From contig NC_086099.1 of assembly GCF_963921235.1 (NCBI RefSeq), forward strand, positions 198,834,001-198,898,000: 64,000 bases of DNA. The letters run 5' to 3'. Of this stretch, positions 1 through 11,264 are shown piece after piece. A model generated the notes under the pieces. The model did not search any database, had not been told where the DNA came from, and was given only the letters and a program-made list of their open reading frames with translations. Source of the DNA: Mobula hypostoma (lineage: Eukaryota). Position 1 is the first letter of the stretch, and every line of letters begins with the position of its first letter. Position numbers and translations under genes: made by a program.

Positions 1-149
1 AACCATTCTGAATATAGAAAATCGGAAGTAGGTGAAAACCAATTATATCCAGTTATCGTGTAATCAAAGCTATCAGGCAGGGCTTCTGGAAGACGATATC
101 TTTTCTTGACCCCGAACTTCATTTAACCAGTAACTAACTCTCTTTAATT

Positions 150-520
150 GAAAATACTTATTTCTTGTAGATTTTTTCCAAAAGATTTCAGCAATTCTCC
201 ATGCCGTTTCATCTGTTCAACACACTTCTGCTACAAAGAAAGAATTCCATCTGGTATCTAACCTAATTTTTTACTGCAAGTTTTAAGTGCATGGACTCCA
301 ATATTACTATCATTATTCACCTCAGATTGCCCTTTTATCTCAGCTTGCCATAAATACATTTGAATATGTCGGGGGTGAAGATGATCCTTGGCATATTATT
401 GTTACTATTCTGGAGCAATTCACATCTGATTCTCCCAGTGATTCAAGTTTTGTTGATTAGTGCTTGGATTGAAAATTTCAGAAAGGGAAAATGGCATCGT
501 ATACCGATACTATGAAGTAA
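150..520 (-). mobile_element. Possible ancient hAT transposase fossil
   Basis: Minus-strand translation with frameshifts gives LNHW..IVT..NM, HIQ(C), LKTCSKKL and LDTRWNSFF..VEQ, in hAT motif order; many stops. Confidence 0.25.
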
Positions 521-1084
521 AAAATTCAATACATAAATACTTCTATTTTAATATTTGTTACATTCATGTTATATCTTCATTTGTTAATATTCAGTGAAAA
601 CACAGAAATCTTGACTTTTAAATGAAAATTATGCCTTATTTTTAGCTTCTATAGAGAAAGAAATAAGAGCAACAACAGACAAGATTAGATATTATCTTAA
701 AAACTTTTTTTGAAAATATCTTAATATTACTTCATGAAATTACAAATACCTTTTGTTTTTCTTCCAATTTCTGCCTTTAATTCTTCCGATCTTTTTCACT
801 GACCAAAGGATTCCACAAGAGGATTGGATGCCTTAAGCAGGCTACTCATTGGTAAAAAAAGCAAAGTGAATAAGTATATAAAATTCTGCATGATGGATAG
901 CTCTTACTGCAACAGTGTTTCATCATTTAAAAAGATCGTCTTTTGGCTTTATTTTCCCCTTATTAATCAGATAAAACAGAAAAAAAGCAAAGTACTAAAA
1001 ATAAGGTGCAATATTTAATAAAAACCACTGATAACGCACCATTTAACTGCTGAGTCAGAAGTGATGTCTGGCAAGTGCGAGGCT

Positions 1085-1735
1085 TTTAAAAGTGAGATAG
1101 CGAGAGTTCAGCATCAGCATGTACCATTAGAGTAAAGGCAAGTCTAGCAGGAGTCAGAGAATCCTGGATGACAAGAGATATTGAGATTCAGACCAAGGAA
1201 AGTGAGGCATATATCAGGTATAGTCAGCCAGGATCAAGTGAATAGTTTGAGGAGAAGAGGGGGTGTAGGAGTACACTTAAATAGAAAATCAAGAGAGGAA
1301 GAAGGGGGTATGAGACAGCTTTAGCTGTTAAAGTAAAGGGGAATGCAAAGAGATTCTAGAACTATATTAAGGGCAAAAGAGTTACCGGGGAAAACTCTGG
1401 CCTCTTAAATATAGACAAGGTAATCTATAAATGGAGCTTTAGGTGATGGCTGAGGTTATTTCTAATATGTATTGATTGTGGAGAATGACATGATGCTAGG
1501 GAACTCATCAAAGTTGTTGGTGATGTCTGAAGAGGAGGTATTGGACGTCTTAAAATCTCCAGGACCTGCTCCTAGGACATTGTGGGAAGCGTGGAGAGAA
1601 ATTGTGGGGGCCCCTGGCAGAGATATGTGATTCACTGATAGCCATGAATCAGGTGCTGAAAAACTGGAGGGTGGTTAACGTTGAGCCTTTATTTAAGAAA
1701 GGCTGCATTGAAAAAGCCTGGTGACAGAGCTAAGG
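1085..1735 (+). mobile_element. Degenerate CR1 LINE ORF2 fragment
   Basis: PWMTRDI-like and WRVVNVEPLFKKG motifs. Confidence 0.75.
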
Positions 1736-2110
1736 ACAACTCTTCTGGCATGAAGAAGAACTTGCAGTGGGAGGGGGAGGAGCCAGTGACGGCGGTCTAT
1801 ATATATATACTAATAACAAAGCTATGATAAGGAAGGAAGTTCCACAGAAGGTTAATAAAGAGGTTGGGGCTAAAAACATCAATGGTGATAATCTCTGAAC
1901 TATTATCATATGCAAGATGGGAAAGAGTAAAGAGGATTAGAGAGACACGGCACAAACCATGGTGTGGGTGAAATGGCTTTCTATTCATGGGACACTACCG
2001 CCTGTATGGGGAAGGAGATAGATGACTCCTTGATGAGTTAAACCTGGGCTCTGCTGGTAGCAGTGTTCTGACAAATTACATAAAGAGTTTTGTAGACAGG
2101 GCTTTAATTA
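1735..2110 (+). mobile_element. Degenerate CR1 ORF1 (SGNH esterase-like) fragment
   Basis: Resembles the ORF1 segment at 11540-11975. Confidence 0.5.
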
Positions 2111-2519
2111 GATAGAAGGGTATGGTTTCCAAACATGGAATGCTTAATAAAGAGGAAATGAGAGAGCTGTGGTACAGGGCAGTGGGAGGAGAATTGACAA
2201 CCAAAGTGTCCACTTGTTCTCACGTTCAATCACGTGACTATTCGGGAACTCAAATGATAGCTGTTAGTTGTAGGTCATGGGGAAGAGTTGCTAACCATTC
2301 AAAAAACTTATTTATTGATTGATATTCAGCTAGTTTTCTAAACAATAGCAAGCACAAAGATTAGACCTGTCTACAATCATCGTGGATCCCATATTTACTT
2401 CAGTGCTGCCTCCATTTGTATTTTATTGATTGTCCCATTCTATTTTTCTCCATTCCCCTTGATAAGATAGCGCACTTTCCTTGACTCCGTTCACCAGAAA
2501 TAGTTGTATTAGTGCAGTA

Positions 2520-2727
2520 GGTTAGTCAGGCAGGATTTTCCTTTCAGGAAACCATGCTGGCTTTGGCCTATTTTGTCATGGGCCTCCAAGTACTCTATAA
2601 TCTTATCCCTAACAATCGATTCCAACAACTTCTCAACCATTGATATCAGGCTAACAGGTCTATAGTTCCCTTTCTGCTGCCTCCCACCTTCTTAAATAGG
2701 GCAGTAACATTTGCAATTTTCCAGTCT
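2520..2727 (-). mobile_element. CR1 reverse transcriptase fragment
   Basis: Reverse complement encodes DWKIANV..LFKK..NYRPVSL..QHGFLKGKSCLT. Confidence 0.8.
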
Positions 2728-2729
2728 TG

Positions 2730-2925
2730 GAACAAGCTAACAGCTGATTTTATAAAATTGCACGACTATGTATCTAAGGAAATTTATTCAGTTTTAAAGA
2801 CAAAGTCTGGTCACACCAAATATTAATTTGATTTATTTTTTACTCTTTACTGCTCTTTATAGTAATCTCTTTGATATTTAGAAACTTTTCATTTTATTAT
2901 TTTTGAAAGCATCCTCAAAATTTTT
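2730..2925 (+). mobile_element. Tc1 transposon 3' part (transposase C-terminus), split by a CR1 insertion
   Basis: VLKTKSGHTKY* matches the Tc1 C-terminal consensus; the element resumes after the CR1 at 5461. Confidence 0.7.
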
Positions 2926-2926
2926 G

Positions 2927-5460
2927 AAGGCCTCCTAACAGCTGCAGTGATGTGGACTACAAATTACAACAGGAAATAGAAAAGGCTTGTCAGATGGACA
3001 ATGTTATGATAATTGTGGGGGATTTTAACATGGAAGTGGATTGGGAAAATTAGGTTGGCACTGGATCTCAAGAGAGAGAATATGTAGAATGTCTGCGAGA
3101 TGGCTTTTTATAACAGCTTGTTGTTGAGCCCACTAGGGGATTGGCTGTACTGGATTGGGTATTGTGTAATGAACCAGAGGTGATTAGAGAGATTGAGGTG
3201 CAGGAACCCTTAGGAGGCAGTGATCATAACATGATTCAGTTCACTGTGAAATTTGAGAAAGAGAAGTCAAAATCCAATCTGTCAGTATTTCAGTGGAGTA
3301 AAGGAAATTACAGTGGCATGAGAGAGGAACTGGCCAAAGTTGACCGGAAAGGGACACTAGTGGGAAGGACGGCAGAGCAGCAGTGGCTGGAGTTTATGCG
3401 AGGAAGGTGTAAGACAGATATATTCCAAAAAAGAAGAAATTTTCAAATAGAAAAAGGATGTAACCATGGCAAGAGAAGTTAACGCCCAAGTTAAAGCAAA
3501 GGAGAGGGCATACAAGGAAGCAAAAAATAGTGGGAAGATAGATGATTGGGAAGTTTTTAAAAGCTTTCAAAAGGAAAGTAAGAAGGTCATTAAGAGGGAA
3601 AAGATGAACTATGCTAGCAAATAATATTAAAGAGGATGCTAAAAGTTTTTTCAAGTATATAAAGAGTAAAAGACAGGTGAGAGTAGATATAGGACTGATA
3701 GAAAATGATGCTAGAGAACTTGTAATGGGGGATAAGGAGATGGCAGAGGAACTGAACGAGCATTTTGCATCAGTCTTCACTGAGGAAGACATCAGCAGTA
3801 TACTGGACACTCAAGAATGTCAGGGATGAGAAGTGTGCACAGTCACAATTACAACAGAGAAAGTACTCAGGAAGCTGAATAGTCTAAGGGTAGATAAATC
3901 TCGCGGACCAGATGGAATACACCCTCGTGTTCTGAAGGAAGTAGCTGTGGAGATTGCAGAGGCACTAGCAATGATCTTTCAAAAGTCAATAGATTCTGGC
4001 ATGGTTCTGGAGGACTGGAAGATTGCAAATGTCACTCCACTATTTAAGAAAGGGGCAAGGAAGCAAAAAGGAAATTATAGACCTGTTATCTTGACATCGG
4101 TGGTTGGGAAGTTGTTGGAGTCGATTGTCAAGGATGAGGTCACAGAGTACCTGGAGGCATATGACAAGATAGACAGAACTCAGCATGGTCTCCTTAAAGG
4201 AAAATCCTGCCTGACAAACCTATTACAATTTTCTGAGGAAATTACAAGTAGGCTAGACAAGGGAGATGCAGTGGATGTTGTATGTTTGGATTTTCAGAAG
4301 GCCTTTGACAAGGTGCCACACATGAAGCTGCTTAACAAGATAATTACGGGAAAGTTACATATGTTTTACAGAGGATTGGTTAATTGGCAGAAAACAGAGA
4401 GTGGGAATAAAGGGATCCTATTCTGGTTGGCTGACGGTTACCAGTGGTGTTCCACAGGGGTCCATGTTGGGGCTGCTTCTTTTTACGTTGTGCATCAACG
4501 ATTTAGATTATGGAACAGATGGCTTTGTGGCTAAGTTTGCTGATGATACAAAGATAGGTGGAGGGGCCAGTAGGTGCTGAGGAAACAGAGAATCTGCAGA
4601 GAGATGGATAGATTGGGAGAATGGGCAAAGAAGTGGCAAATGAAATACAATGTTGGAAAGTGTATGTACTTTGGTAGAAGAAATAAACGGGTAGACTAAT
4701 ATTTAAATGGGGAGAGAATTCAAAGTTCTGAGATGCAACGGGACTTGGGAGTCCTCGTGCAGGATACCCTTAAAGTTAACCTCCAGGTTGAGTCGGTGGT
4801 GAAGAAGGTGAATGCAATGTTGGCATTCATTTCTACAGGAATAGAGTATAGGAGCAGGGATGTGATGTTGAGGCTCTATACGACCTCACTTGGAGTACTG
4901 TGTGCAGTTTTGGGCTCCTTATTTAAGAAAGGATGTGCTGACGTTGGAAAAGGTTCAGAGAAGATTCACTAGAATGGTTCCGGGAATGAGAGGGTTAACA
5001 TATGAGGAATGTTTGTCCGCTCTTCGACTGTATTCCTTGGAGTTTAGAAGAATGAGGAGGGACCTCATAGAAACATTTCGAATGTTGAAAGGCATGGACA
5101 GACGGGATGTGGCAAAATTGTTTCCCATGGTGGGGGAGTCTAGTACGAGAGGGCATGACTTCAGGATTGAAGGGCGCCCATTCAGAACAGAAATGTGAAG
5201 AAATTTTTTTAGTCAGAGGGTGGTGAATCTATGGAATTTGTTGCCACGGGCAGCAGTGGAGGCCAAGTCATTGGGTGTATTTAAGGCAGAGATTGATAGG
5301 TATCTGAGTAGCCAGGGCATCAAAGGTTATGGTGAGAAGGCGGGGGAGTGGGACTAAATGGAAGAATGGATCAGCTTATGATAAAATGGTAGAGTAGACT
5401 CAATGGGCTGAATGGCTGACTTCTGCTCCTTTGTCTTATGATCTTATGTCTCATGATCTT
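2927..5460 (+). mobile_element. 5'-truncated CR1 LINE (endonuclease end, RT, 3' UTR), frameshifted
   Basis: ORFs 3141-5198 carry PLGGSDHN, GPDGIHPRVLKE, WKIANVTPLFKKG, LDFQKAFDKVPH and EYCVQFWAPY; FADD lies in another frame; (TCTTATGA)-type tail at ~5434-5460. Confidence 0.95.
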
Positions 5461-5511
5461 ACTTTACAAAATTTTATTTACATGTGCCTAAAAATTTTGT
5501 ACAGTACTGTA
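5461..5511 (+). mobile_element. Right terminal inverted repeat of the Tc1 element at 2730-2925
   Basis: GTGCCTAAAAATTTTGTACAGTACTG followed by TA. Confidence 0.7.
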
Positions 5512-5571
5512 AACACAACACTCAAATTATACCTGATCTGCCTGGAGCAGGCATGAGTAAAAGGATGTGAA

Positions 5572-6330
5572 TGACGAGATCTGACATCGTCTTAAATGCG
5601 CTCGAAGAGCTTTTGGACGTCTCCGAACAAGAGTCTGTCATGATCGTGACATCCGAACAGACAGCAAAATGTTAGTGTACAAAACAGTGGTAATCCCAAC
5701 GCTCCTGTATGCATCAGAAACCTGGACAACATTCCGACAACATCTGAAGGCACTTGAGTAGTTCCATCAATGCTGCCCTCGAAACATCTTAAATATCAGC
5801 TGGGAAGATAGAAGAACCAACGTCAGCGTGCTAATTGAAGCAAAAACAACAAGCATTGAAGCCTATGTCATCAAGAACCAACTAAGATGGAGCAGTCATG
5901 TTGTTCAGATGAAAGACAAACGTCTGCCGAAACAAATCTTTTACTCCCAGCTTAAAGATAGCAAATATAAAAGAGACGGACAACAGAAGAGATTGAAAGA
6001 CGTCTTAAAAGCCAACATGAAGAAATGTAACATCAGCATCAACAATTGGGAAACCAATGCCCAGGGACAGGAAACTCTGGCAAGCCATCATCCGAGAAGG
6101 AACAGCAACTTTCAAAGCCAACAGAGGTGCGGAATTAGAAGAAAAGAGAAGAAAATGGAAAGAGAGGCAGCAACAACCAAAGCCTGATCTGCCATCTGGA
6201 ACTACCTGTCCTGAATGTGGAAGAACTTTCAAAGCCAAGATTGGACTCATAAGCCACTTGAGAGCCCATAAATAGATCAACAGAACGAAGACCATCATCC
6301 TCGGCCTCGAGGGATAGCCATGACGTCGAT
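5572..6330 (+). mobile_element. 5'-truncated RTE-clade LINE
   Basis: AFGRL..VYKTVVIPTLLYASETW..QLRWSSHV..RLPKQIFY and a terminal C2H2 finger CPECGRTFKAKIGLISHLRAH; short 3' UTR. Confidence 0.92.
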
Positions 6331-6544
6331 AGCTTTCACAGCATCTAATTGTCCATCCACAATTGCCCTTAAAAAAGAAATGGTGAGCTGCTGTTTCGAC
6401 ACACTGCAGTTCCTAAGATGTGTGTATAAGAGAGAGAAAAAGTATTGGTGGAAATGTGAGGTGCTGGAGATCAGAAATAGAAGAAAATGCTGGAAATATT
6501 TTGTTCTCTTTATTTCTGTCTCCTCTTTCTCTCTTCTATTTTCT

Positions 6545-7570
6545 AGGTGAAGATAGCGGAGCTTCAAATGCCAGACACCCAGATGTAAAGTAAAGCTTCT
6601 TCCCCACTGCTGTTAGACTTCTGAAACAATCAACCCTTTCACATCCCCTTCCTGATGATTCTATCACATTAGATTAGATTAGATTATGAAGACACGCAGT
6701 CCTCTTTTATTGTCTTTTAGTAATGCATGCATTAAGAAATGATACAATTTGTTCCTCCAGAATGATATCACAGAAACATAAGACAAACCAAGACTAAAAA
6801 AAACTGACAAAAACCACATAATTATGACATATAGTTACAACAGTGCAAAACAATACCATAATTTGATGAAGAACAGACCATGGGCACGGTAAAAAAAAAG
6901 TCTCAAAGTCTCTTGAAAGTCCCATCATCTCAAGCAGACGGTTGAAGGGAGAAACTCTCTCTGCCATGAACTTCCAGCGCCGCAAACTTGCTGATGCAGC
7001 ATCCTGGAAGCACCGATCACAGTCCGACTCTGAGTCCGTCTGAAAACTTTGAGCCTTCGACCAGCCCTCCAACACTGAGCACTGAGCACCATCTCTGCCG
7101 AGTGCTTCGACCCCGGCCCCGGCAACAGGCAATAGGCAAAGCCGAGGATTTGGGGCCTTCCCCTCCGGAGATTCTCGATCGCACAGTGGCAGCGGTGGTG
7201 AAGCAGGCATTTCAGTAGTTTCTCCAGATGTTCCTCTGTGCTTCTCACGTCAGTCTCCATCAAGTCAGGATTGTGCACGGCCCCTATTTAACAAATACGA
7301 TATCAATTCAGGCAGCCGCCCACGCTGCATCGCCATCTTCTCCTCCCCTTTAATTCCATCTCTATCACGTATTCAGTTATTGTCACTTTCGTGTTTCTTT
7401 TTGCACTAACTCAGTTTGCACTATAATCTTTGTACTATTTTGTTTAGTGCTCATCATTGTACCTATAATTACCATCTATACTATTTGCTCTGTGAACCTT
7501 ATGCTAGCAAGGAATTTCACTGCACCTTGATGTGTATGACAAAAAAAAATTACCTGTATATGAATCTTAA
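6545..7570 (+). mobile_element. Rex1/Babar 3' end and UTR, interrupted at 6668-7348
   Basis: SFFPTAVRLL motif near 6595; the UTR continues at 7351-7570. Confidence 0.6.
6668..7348 (-). mobile_element. Non-autonomous retroposon with AAGATGGCG head and (TAATC)n tail
   Basis: Minus strand starts GGGGAGGAGAAGATGGCG, has a CpG-rich 5' half, and ends AATAAAA..(TAATC)n; no TE protein motifs. Confidence 0.6.
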
Positions 7571-8865
7571 ACTCATCTCATTTTTAAATTCTTATTGAAA
7601 TTATTTTTCTGTATTCAGTCTTAGGGATTACGTATTCCTCGTTCTAGTTCACTATTTTTCCATTTTGCTATCCTCTACCAGAAAAACTGGACTATAGATA
7701 TTCATTGAGCATAGGAAGCCTTACTGCCATAATGTCTTACAGCATAGAAACAGGCACTTTGACCCATCAAGTGTGCGCCAACCATAAATTCATGTACATT
7801 AATCCCACAATAATCCCATTTCATTCGTGCCAACTCCCCCCAAATTTCTGCTATAACTATGAAGTCATAGTTATGTAGGATGGACACAGCTTTTTCCACC
7901 CATTTTGTTCATGCCAGTCGATATACCTAACTGAGCTGATCCCATTTGCATGCATTTGGCTCATATTCCTGTAAACAGGTTCAGGTTCAAGAATATTGTC
8001 ATGGACATGCATCCCCAGGGTATTAATGCCATGAAAATCAGCTTGATTTTGCAGCAGTGGCAGCACAGTACAATACAAAGCAACGAAGGGAAATTAACAT
8101 TAACTTATATTAACATAAATTATAAATAACTTACCCAATGAAATAAACCAGAAGTAAACCTAATGATATGAGTGCAAGTTAAGGGAAATATAGACTGTGG
8201 TAGAATTAAGGGTTAGTTAGCTTTTTAAATGCCCTAACTGTATTCGCCTCTTCCACTTCTCCGGCTTCTTCAAAGTTCCTTCTGTTCATGGACCTGTCAA
8301 ATTCCCTTTTAATTCAATCTCAGAATCAGTTCCATTGCCTTTCCAGGTAGATTATGTCAATCCACCACAGTCTGTTTACAGACCTCTCCTCTACCTTATG
8401 AAGTATTTTGGAGATTTGTGTTTTAAAGTCTAGATTTTCAAAGCAGTGTCTGAAACCTTCAGGAAAAGATGTGGTATACTTAGATTGGCGGGGGGTGGGG
8501 GAGTGCGTATATGATTATAACAACATTATTTTTATTCAGTGCTATTTATTTGCGTGAAGAATAGGTCAGCAGCTAGCATGTGGAGTGGATGACGTTGAAG
8601 AGAAAAAGCATTTTTTCTTGAATCGAAGGTAGCTGTCCTAGAATGTTATTTCAGTATCATTACTATATCCTGTGTAACAACATTCTAATCTGATGTAAAC
8701 AGTCTGATGTTTTATATACAGTAACTCACTTTCAAAATGGAGGATTATCACAGAGTCAGGGAATAATACAGTGTGGAAGCAGACCATCATCAACCTCCTA
8801 TTTTCATGAATTATATCTTTTATTCTCCCCACTTTCTCATCAAGTACTACCACTACTTTGCATAC

Positions 8866-9030
8866 TAGAGACAAATTACAGTAGTCACCTTATCTTATCA
8901 GACATCATGACTTTGGGATGAAGAGGAAACCAATGCACCTAGAAGGCAACCCACATGATTACAGAGGAAACATGCAAACACCATGCAATCAGCTTCTGAT
9001 GTCAGGAATAAGATCTCTGGTCTTAAAAGT
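8866..9030 (-). mobile_element. V-domain SINE (HE1-like), degenerate
   Basis: Reverse complement shows GTTTGCATGTTTCCTC..GTGGGTTGCCTTC..GGTTTCCTC. Confidence 0.6.
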
Positions 9031-9444
9031 TTCTCTACTGTTGTTCCATGCTAAATGGCTGGACCAAAGGACAAGGATGCAGTTTTAAATTGAGTTGTGT
9101 TGGTGTGATATGATGGGAAAAGAATAATCTGGGGATCGAATGAGTGATTGAGAGGTAGGATTTGAATGAAGAACAAGCCGTCCAAATTACAGAGCAAAGA
9201 ACACATTTCAAAATACCCTTTGAAGGATCTTGGCCTGAAATGCCAACTGTTTATTTCCCTTCATCAATGTCGCTTACCTGCTGAGTTCCTCCAGCATCTT
9301 GTGTGTGTTACCCTCTCCCTGCCACTTTCCCACTTTCAGTCCACAGCAGAGACCCATATCAGAATCAGGTTTATCATCACTTACATATGTTATAAAATTA
9401 GTATTTTTTGCAGCAGTAGTACAGTGTAATACATAAAATTACTA

Positions 9445-9511
9445 CAGTACTGTGCCAAAGTCTTAGGCATCCTCGTTCTATATACATGTCTAAGGCTTTA
9501 GCAGAGTACTG
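9445..9511. mobile_element. 67-bp Tc1-type MITE
   Basis: 26-bp imperfect inverted repeats (CAGTACTGTGCCAAAGTCTTAGGCAT / ATGTCTAAGGCTTTAGCAGAGTACTG) with TA on both sides; same TIR family as 5484-5509. Confidence 0.8.
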
Positions 9512-9639
9512 TATTTGGTCCAATTAATACCATATATACTTCTTAACACAATGCAATTCTATTTTAAAATATTAGTCTGTTAAACAGGGTCTTCCAGAAA
9601 TGTGTTTTAATCATTCTTTCAATCTGAACTGAAAACTGC

Positions 9640-9810
9640 ATGAGAAGTTCTGACAGTCTCCAGGGCAATATATTTATCTTGAGCTATCATGATTCAAACA
9701 GAAATAGCTGTTCGGCATCATTCTAATATTAGTGGTAGCTTGCTGAGCTATCACATTCCTCAAATTTCAACAGTGGCTGCATTCCAGAAGTATTTAATTA
9801 GTAGTATGTC
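9640..9810 (+). mobile_element. Deu-domain SINE remnant (SacSINE1/AmnSINE1-like)
   Basis: GGCAATATATTTATC..AAACAGA..AGCTTGCTG..CAACAGTGGCTGCATTCCAGAAGTATTTAATT is colinear with the Deu domain and L2-type tail as I recall them. Confidence 0.55.
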
Positions 9811-10689
9811 CTTTCACGCCACACGTCTAACTTGGAAATATATCAACACGCACTCAGAGTTATTAGGGCAAAATCACATGCTCCTTTTAACAGTACTGAG
9901 GGATTAAGTTTACCACCCAAGCTACAGGAAGTTTGGGCGGTGGCGGAGGAGGGTCTCCGTCATTATCAAAGTTCAAATTCACAAGTGCATTTAGGGATGG
10001 ACAATAAATGCCATTTTCGTTGGCAATATTCATGTGTCGTAACTTTAAAAAAAGAGTTTTAACTCTCCTTTTATTTTGCTTTGAGGCAATCTCAGTGTAC
10101 TATTGGCTTTTTGAGGCCCTCATCTGCTGCATTTTAGTTAATGAACTGCAAGTCCACATTGTATTTCAATTCAATTATTTAAGATTAAATCTCCAGAAGG
10201 TCGTGTACCATAATTTGGAGAGCTGAAATAGGACAAAAAACAGTAAAGGAGAAAAGTCTTGAGGTAGCAGAGATGAAAAATATATTTCAAAGGCAAACCT
10301 ACAATCCTAACATTCCAACACTGACCACATTTTAATGAGTAGAGAGCTTTGCTTAAACACAACTTGGTCCTTTGTGTTTTCATTCCATACTTATGGTAAA
10401 CTGTGAGGCATTTACTTATTCATAATGCTTTCATTTAGAAAGCCTCAAAACATCAGAACATTTTCATATTCTTACAAATAGCTTGCAGTATGTCGAATTT
10501 CATTCAATGTGACCAAATTAAAAGTAAGGAAAACTTAGTCATTTTCAATTACTCTCAGCGTGATATAAAATGGGAGAGTAATGCGGATGAACCCATAGCT
10601 AAAGAGATGGCAGAGGAGGGGAAGTGAGATTTAGATTTCTGAGCTACCTTGGGGTAAGGCCTATACAGGCATATAGATTCTTGCCTTCA

Positions 10690-11160
10690 GTTTTGTGATT
10701 ACTGTTGGAGGTTGGAAAGCTAAATAAGGATTTGGAAAGGAAAGAAAAACAAATCTGCTCATGAAAAATCAGGGAGAGAGTTTGAAAGGCCAAACAGAGG
10801 TTGGAATTAGTGGAATGAAGGGGTTTGTTTGAAACAGCAAGATGCTGGAGGTATAAAGGAAATTAGCTGAAGGAATTAATTGAATTATAGAGCTGTGAGA
10901 AGAGATGATGTGTTGGCGGAGTCATTAAATAAAGCTGTGTAAGGCAAACTAAGAACAAAAAAGGGAGCAGTAGCACTGTTGGGATTAAGCCAAACAGTTC
11001 AGAGGAATTTGAAAAGAAAATCTGTAGGCAAATTTCTGACAAGTGCAAGAACACCAGAATGGTAGTAATGACGGATTCCTATTACACAATATTAACTGGG
11101 AATCAGTCAGTGTAAAATATAGACAGCACAGGATTTCAAACTTACTTTAAAGATGATTTG
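10690..11160 (+). mobile_element. Old CR1 endonuclease-region fragment
   Basis: EEFEKKICRQI..VVM.D...INW remnants. Confidence 0.5.
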
Positions 11161-11264
11161 TCCATCTGTCCAATAATCTCTTTGACTCCCTATCATCAGG
11201 CAGTAGGTACCATAATATTAGGACAAAAACATACTAGGATGTGAAACAGCTTCTTCCTGTTTCT

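Noticed and set aside
1-840. Long minus-strand ORF under an alternative genetic code (TAA/TAG read as Gln)
   Set aside because: About 18 stops in ~280 codons, including TGA, is what AT-rich random sequence gives.
6209-6272. Host C2H2 zinc-finger gene
   Set aside because: A single finger at the C-terminus of the RTE ORF.
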